Shown here: positions 50,295 to 56,636 of the stretch, piece after piece | How positions within the stretch are numbered: the first letter of the stretch is position 1 | How the letters are laid out: each line of letters begins with the position of its first letter | The notes under the pieces: generated by a model | What the model was told of the DNA's origin: nothing | Databases searched by the model: none | Seen by the model: the letters and a program-made list of their open reading frames with translations, nothing else | Program-made: the position numbers and the translations under genes | Assembly: GCA_054600435.1 (NCBI GenBank) | Contig: BAAIJX010000063.1 | Location: forward strand, 62,001 to 118,636 | Length of the DNA: 56,636 nt | Source of the DNA: Neophaeotheca triangularis | Lineage: Eukaryota | Direction: 5' to 3'

Positions 50295-51584
50295 ATGTCG
50301 AGCTTTACCTCTATTGCTTCCGCCAGCCAGCAAGGAACCTCATTTCGCATCTTCCATCTTCAATCCATTCAATCAATCCGAAAGGCCTCGCCAGCCATCG
50401 ACGAAATGTATCGAGATTGTTGCTGCAACCAGCAGACGTGGTTTGATGCGTGCAAATACCCTTCCATACCGTTCGGCTTCTTTCGTTTTCCTCTCTTCAT
50501 CCTTCCCGTTGTCGCATCCCTACTTTTCCTACTCGACAAGAAGTACGGGCCTTTATTCAATCTAGATTTCCCGACCGCCGGTCCGACCCCTACGTTCGAG
50601 AAAAAGAAGGAGACGGTGGTAGATGTCGAGAATCAAGTCCCCGCGCGAGGGCAGGAGCACCTAAAACCATGGCAGACCTGGCTTAGGAATACCGCGTGGT
50701 TCTATCACATGGGCTTTACATGGCAGCAAGGCATCTTGCTTAATGCTATCGACAAACCGTCCTTAGCTGACAGCACATGCACACTTGCTGTACTTGAGAT
50801 ACTCAGTCTGCTATTTGCTGCTGCCGTTGCCGACCAGAAGGCGCAAAGGCTATACGGTTTCACGGCGCTGGGCTGGGCAGCATGGGCCACTGAGAAGTCG
50901 GTCGCGGAAGAAGTCACCGTGCTAGGGTCAATTGCCTACCTTCTGGTAGCTCTACCGACAGCCTTGCTGATAGGCCGCAACGACAAGTCTTGCTCGTCGT
51001 TGAGCGGGTTCTGCCTTGCGACTTCCGCAATTCGCCCGCATATACCAGCTAGCTCACTGCTGCGACGAGTCACCTTCTTGAGCAGATACATTTGGCCTCT
51101 CGGCCTCATAGCCGTGGTCGCTCTAGCTAAAGAGGCATATAGCGCCTTACTACGTGTTCTTAAGCGCGACAGCGACGTGAGGGATGAGCTTGGAAGCCTC
51201 GTCAATGCCGTTGTCGCCTTCTTCACCTTCGAAAGACCAGAACCAGCAGCAATAGGCCAGTTTTTACTAGGTGTTTGCAAGTGCTGCTCGGCGGTCGCCG
51301 GGTCATGTCTTACAGCAGGTCTACTGAGCTCGTGCCTAGCTTGGAATTGGGCCATCGCCATGCGACCGGCGACTGCACCCTCGTCTGGACCGGCTTTTTG
51401 GTTCACAGCCTTAGCCACCTTCTGTGTCTGGGCCCTGATTGACTTGGCCAGAAACACAGCTCGACCGGAGTCGCGCTTGATCCCAGAGAAGGTGCCGAGA
51501 ACGGTTTACTTGAGCTCTTACGATGCCGCCGGCTGGTTAAATTTCCTTTGCACTTGCCTGTGGTTACTAAAGATGGCGAATTGA
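50295..51584 (+). CDS. Orphan multi-pass membrane protein; last gene before the subtelomere
   Basis: ~429-aa open frame with several hydrophobic segments; no recognisable motif; start uncertain (50295 or 50406). Confidence 0.5.
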   Translation: MSSFTSIASASQQGTSFRIFHLQSIQSIRKASPAIDEMYRDCCCNQQTWFDACKYPSIPFGFFRFPLFILPVVASLLFLLDKKYGPLFNLDFPTAGPTPTFEKKKETVVDVENQVPARGQEHLKPWQTWLRNTAWFYHMGFTWQQGILLNAIDKPSLADSTCTLAVLEILSLLFAAAVADQKAQRLYGFTALGWAAWATEKSVAEEVTVLGSIAYLLVALPTALLIGRNDKSCSSLSGFCLATSAIRPHIPASSLLRRVTFLSRYIWPLGLIAVVALAKEAYSALLRVLKRDSDVRDELGSLVNAVVAFFTFERPEPAAIGQFLLGVCKCCSAVAGSCLTAGLLSSCLAWNWAIAMRPATAPSSGPAFWFTALATFCVWALIDLARNTARPESRLIPEKVPRTVYLSSYDAAGWLNFLCTCLWLLKMAN

Positions 51585-51956
51585 CCATGACGCCTGTCCG
51601 GCCGGACCCGGCGCAAAGTAGGATACCTTAGGTAGTGGGTTCGGCGACGCTATAACGCTCGCTCCATCAAATTCCCTCCGTTACTCTACCATCGAAGAAG
51701 GTATTGGGCCAGCTTATTAAAGCATTCACCGAATGAGACAAGATGTGAGGTATGTATGGCAGGAGGTTCGATAGAGTGTGAACAGTAGCCTATAATGTCT
51801 ATGAATGTGATTGCTTAGAGAGGAGGAAGCGAAGAGAGCGCGAAGCGGGACTACAAAGGAGGCGGTAAGCGTGTAGAGCGGACTCGTACGTAATACGGCT
51901 CTAAGGTGTGTAGAGTAAACGAGGGCGTGGACTAAGATTTGAAGGATAATGGCGTT

Positions 51957-52618
51957 GTTGATTAGATGACATACTACATTTGAGCGTTTTCGAAGGGGTT
52001 AGACTACTAGCGGTAGTCTAACCGGGGGTACCCTATTACGGTAAAAGCTCGGTCTAGTAAATGCCTCGGGGGTACTAAGGTACATATAAAAAGCTCGATT
52101 AGGTAGGTAGACTAGTATTAAACTAGCTCTTTCGTCCGTACTCGATCGCGAGCTTAACGCGCTCCCTTAGTAGTGTTTACAGTACGTATGCTTATAGTTA
52201 CTACTACTAGTATAGTGTTTTGTATAACTAGGCATACCGCTATAAGGCCTTATACTATTAAGAGTAGTAGTAGTGATATGACTAATAAGGGGGAGCAAGA
52301 GGCTATTATTTAGTACTATTTTAATACTAATTTAATAAAAATTAAATGACTAATGTAACCTATAGAGTAGAGTAACACTAGAGTGTAGGAGTACGTCTAG
52401 ATAAACTATACCCTAACTACATATAGCTAGCTAGTCTATAAGACTACGTTAGTCTATACTAGACTAGGCTAGTCTACACTAGACTATAAGGACTACTATA
52501 GAGTAGGGGTATAGCCATTTTAGAGCGCTAAGACACTATAGAGCATATAGTCCTAACTAACTAGAGCGGTAGTCTAATACCTTCGAAAACGCTTAATTAA
52601 GGTATTACTCTAATTAAC
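51957..52618. mobile_element. RIP-degraded non-autonomous inverted-repeat (MITE-like) element
   Basis: The left arm GTTGATTAGA..ATAC..TTGAGCGTTTTCGAAGGGGTTAGACTAC matches the reverse complement of 52569-52618 (GTTAATTAGA..ATAC..TTAAGCGTTTTCGAAGGTATTAGACTAC). Internal TAGTCT/AGACTA hairpins. Confidence 0.6.
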
Positions 52619-52774
52619 TTAAGATTTATTAGATAGCTATTAGTCCTTAGGTAACGACTATAGTATATACTAAATAAGGCCCGAGTACCCTATGATCTAG
52701 CGATAGATATCTACTAACGACTATAAAGAGAGAGGTAGCTCGTAAGGAATAAGTCTTAAGACGTACTAAACATA

Positions 52775-52965
52775 TGTCGAAGAAGCTACTCTACGCTATA
52801 TAGACTAATAAGTATTATAATAAGCTATACTACATAGTACGTAATAGCCTATACCTAAGGTATTAGCTAGAAGCTATAACCTGTCTTTATAGGCTTTACT
52901 ATAAAGTACCTAGTTTAGTCCTTAGTAATTAATTAATCGAGTTTATACTACTATATATTATAATA
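52775..52965 (+). repeat. 5' LTR of a copia element, followed by a PBS at 52966-52979
   Basis: Starts TGTCG and ends TAATA (CGACA after C>T/G>A changes). Followed by GGTTATAAGCCTAG, a RIP-mutated form of the copia-type PBS GGTTATGAGCCCAG. Confidence 0.7.
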
Positions 52966-55900
52966 GGTTATAAGCCTAGTATATTAATCTATATAAGTAA
53001 GTACGAAACTAGCTAATTACAATTCCTAGGATAACTATCCCTAGTTAAATAAAATAGATATAAATAATAAGGGAGCTAAGGATAATAAGATCCTTAAGAA
53101 GAACATAACCTTTAGTATCTAGGAGGCTATCCTAAAGAGTAAGCTATTTAATAAGGACTATCTTAACTATATATTTTATAACCTTAAATAGCTACTAAGG
53201 GTAGTCTAACTACTAATATCTATAATAGATACTATAGTTAAGTTCTATAAGAAAGATATACTTATATATAGTATTATTATAGAAAGGCTATTAGATAAAT
53301 ATAGGCCTAACTATAGTAAATTATATAAGACAGCCTATAAGCTATTTAAGTATATTAAATCTATCTACTAGCCTAATGTTATAGTTACTCTCTATAAGGC
53401 TATCTCTAACCTCTATAGTATTAAGCTATAAGGAATAAATACCCTAAAGTATTATTAGGAGTTTATAGTAGCCTATTAGACCTTTAAGAGAGCTATAAAC
53501 TAATAGATAGCTCTAAGGAACTAGATAAATGTAAGAAGTATTAGTCTCCTAGATAACTATATTAAGATTCTCTTTAAAGGGAGAACTCTAAATATAGAGT
53601 AGCTTAGGACTTAGAGATATAATAACCTCCCTTAAAGTAGGAAATACTTAGAGGATGTAATTACTAGCCTTAGGTCTAAGGCCTTACCTCCCCTTTTATA
53701 GTAATAGAGGAGGTTATAGGGGTTTATAGGTATAGTAAAAGATAATATCTATACCTAATATAATTACTACTAATATACTAATACTAAATACTTTAAGTAG
53801 TACCTAGAGTAGGTACCTAAATAGTATAAGAAATGTAAAGATAGTAAGAAGGATAGGTAGGAGGGGAAGAAGAAGGATATAGAGAAGAATAAGAATACTA
53901 AGTCTACTAAGAAGAAGGGGAGAAAAGCTACTATAGCTATTAATAATAGTAATAATAGTAATACTAAGTTAATCTTATCCCTATCTTTAGGAGATATATT
54001 AAGTATTACTCTATCTCTCCCTATAGTACTATAAGCTATAGTACTAGAAATTACTATTATCTTAGACTCTAGATTATCCTTCTCTTTCTTTAATAAGCTT
54101 AAGCACTTTTAGGATATTAAGCCCCTTAGGAAGCTAATTATCTCTAGCTAAGCTATTAGATAGGCCTCTATTACCTATTTAGGGATAGTTAAGCTCTCTC
54201 TTAAATATTATAATAAGATCTTTAGCATTACCCTAAAGAATGTCCTATACTCCCTAAGATCCTCTACTAACCTAATTTATATAGATATACTATACTAGAA
54301 GTATAGGATTACTCTAGATAGATATACTAATAAGCTAAGGTCTAATAAAAGTACTATTAGGATAGTAAAGCAAGTTTATAAGGTAGATGTTATATAGGAA
54401 ATTAAAATCCTCCTACTACTTTAGTAATAAAGTCTACTATTAATAGTAGTAGCTATACTAAGATTACTAGTAGTACTAGTAGTATTAGGGCTAAGAGTAG
54501 ATATAACTAGATAGTACTAAAGATTAGGCTATATTAGTAGTAGTATTCTTAATACTACTAAACAATATATAACTAGACTTAAAGTAGTAGACACTATAGC
54601 CCTAGGCTACTATAAGGTCTATAAACTCTTAAAGTCTTAAAGGGTTATCTTAAGAACCCTAAGAGTAAGGACTAGTTAAGCCCTAGATAAGATATATGTT
54701 AGTATAGTTAGCCCTATTATACTAACCTCTAGTAATAGTCTAAGGTACATTATCTTCCTAATAGATTCTAAAACTAGGTTTAGGTAGCCTCTCTTTATAA
54801 GAAATAAAAGTAAGGCACTATTACTTATTAAGAATTTTATATTAAGAACTATAAATGCCTATAATAAGGTACTAAAGATATAGTTCTCTAATAGTAGTAG
54901 GGAGTTTATTAACTATAATTTAATTGTTATAGTATAGTAGATAGGGATAAGATAGGATATCTTAAGTCTAAAGACTCCTAAGTAGAATAGCATTATAGAG
55001 TTATCTAATAAAACTATCCTAGCTAAGGCTAGGGCAATAATAATTAACTCTAGTATTCCTAGAGATCTCTAGCCCCTAGCTATAAACTATATAGCCTATA
55101 TTACTAATATAGTCTATAACCTTAGGACTAAGAAAATTCCCCTATAATACCTTAAGAAGGATTTAGGGGTTTCTAAGGACTAGACTATTAACCTCTCTAA
55201 CCTTAGAAGATTTAGCTATAAGGTATTCCTATATAACTAGAATAGGATTATATTAGAAAAGTTTACCCTAAGAGCTACTATCTACTAGTTTATAGGATTC
55301 TAAGATAACTCTACTACTAATTACCTCCTAATAATACTAACTAGATAGAGCCTATTTAGTATTATTTAGAGCCTATATATAACCTTTAATAAGGATACCT
55401 ACTTTAGGCCTATTTAGGCTCCTATAGTTTAGGGAGAGTAGTTAGCCCTTTATATCCTAAGGCTTTAGGAGAACTCTATTAGCCTATAATAGGAATAATA
55501 AGCCTCTCCTAAGAGAGAGTAGTAATAATAATAAGCCTCTCCTAAGGGAGAGTATTAACACTAGTAAGTCTCCCCTAAAGAGTAGGGAGAGTACTAACCT
55601 TCTCCTAAGGGAGACTACTAGTAAGCCTCTCCTATAGAATAGGGAGAGTACTAAGAAGTCTCCTCTATAAATTAGGGAGAGTAATAGTAGCCCTTAGTTA
55701 ACTAAATAGAGGAAGATTAGAGAGATACCCTAATAACACTATTCTTCCCTTAACTAACTACTAGTAAGAGGAAGAGATTACTATCCCCCTAGCCCTTAAT
55801 ATATATAAGGGTAGGTAGGCCTATAAAACTATAGAATTATAGGTAGTTATATATAGGAGCTATAACCTAAGCTACTAATAATCCTAAGGACTATTACAAT

Positions 55901-56240
55901 ATATTTAGTAGAAAGGATATAAGCTAGTAGAAGGCTATAATAATTAAGGAGATTAAAAGCCTTAAATCTACTAGTATAATTACCTAGATTAAGTAATTAG
56001 AGCTACTACCTAGTAGAAGAGTACTTATAGGGAAGTAGGTATTTAAGCTAAAGCTTCTCTTAGATAGCTCTATTAATAAGTATAAGGCTAGATAGATAGT
56101 AAGGGGATTCTTATAGAAATAAGGTACTAACTATATTAATACCTTTATACTAATACTAAGACTAGGAATAGGAAGGATCCTCCTAGCTATTACATTCTAG
56201 CTTAAATAGAGTAGAACCTAGATTAATATAGAGATAGTAT
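52775..56240 (+). mobile_element. RIP-destroyed Ty1/copia LTR retrotransposon, truncated in RT
   Basis: After reversing C>T/G>A changes: gag CCHC (~53750), protease ILDSG (~54060), integrase WHQRLGH (~54512), HVDIVGP, DGGxEF, TPEQNG, and RT GKWVFKLK..DG..KYKARWVVRGF (~56030-56110). The order PR-INT-RT is copia. Extreme TpA excess. Confidence 0.92.
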
Positions 56241-56516
56241 TGTCGTAGTAACTCCTATACTACATTTATAGACGTACTTGTTTTCGTAGTATTTACTTTA
56301 TTATTACCCCCTTTATATACCTATACCTCTCCCTACACTAGTACTTATACCTTAGATACCTACTAACCTAGATAGATATATATAGAATAAATTACGACTA
56401 ATTAAATTAGCCTCTAGGTACTATAACTAACCTAACTAATTTCTAACCCTTATACATTATTTGTAACTATTATGAATAATCCCTAATTCTCGACTATACC
56501 TAATTCCTAACCCTAC
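56241..56516. mobile_element. Second LTR-like fragment interrupting the copia RT
   Basis: RT homology stops abruptly after the (Q)IDVETA-like codons at a new TGTCG start that resembles the first ~30 nt of the upstream LTR. Confidence 0.45.
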
Positions 56517-56636
56517 TTAGGGTTAGGGTTAGGGTTAGGGTTAGGGTTAGGGTTAGGGTTAGGGTTAGGGTTAGGGTTAGGGTTAGGGTTAGGGTTAGGG
56601 TTAGGGTTAGGGTTAGGGTTAGGGTTAGGGTTAGGG
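56517..56636 (+). repeat. Telomere (TTAGGG)20
   Basis: Perfect TTAGGG array running to the end of the window. Confidence 0.99.

Noticed and set aside
51900..56516. Telomere-linked RecQ helicase, MoTeR-like non-LTR element or Starship captain
   Set aside because: The de-RIPed motifs and their order are those of Ty1/copia; no helicase, non-LTR RT or tyrosine-recombinase motifs were seen.

Overview
Right-hand end of a filamentous ascomycete chromosome. Spliceosomal introns with CTRAY branch sites, RIP-type TpA enrichment and a (TTAGGG)20 telomere support this; a Dothideomycete-like host is inference. About 19 protein genes occupy 1.9-51.6 kb: two MFS drug transporters, complex I TYKY/NDUFS8, a GPR1/FUN34/YaaH transporter, FCP1, DPH7, a lipocalin-like protein, THI4 with an intronic TPP riboswitch, a GH78 rhamnosidase, a type-B carboxylesterase, a double zinc-knuckle orphan, a membrane protein, a HAM1/DUF4449-like protein, malic enzyme, a CVNH-CVNH-HET fusion, a CE1-like esterase, a patatin lacking its catalytic Ser, a fungal TF-like protein and an orphan membrane protein. 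The last 4.7 kb is RIP-destroyed: a small inverted-repeat element, then a Ty1/copia element cut inside RT by a second LTR-like sequence, then the telomere. The most interesting candidates are (1) a cytosolic tandem-lectin (CVNH) plus HET cell-death-domain fusion; (2) a tandem exon-intron-like repeat array directly upstream of it; (3) a malic enzyme whose last intron switches the C-terminus to a PTS1-like -GKL; (4) the fully readable riboswitch/uORF splicing switch of THI4. All calls were made by eye from the sequence and ORF track; no database searches were run.
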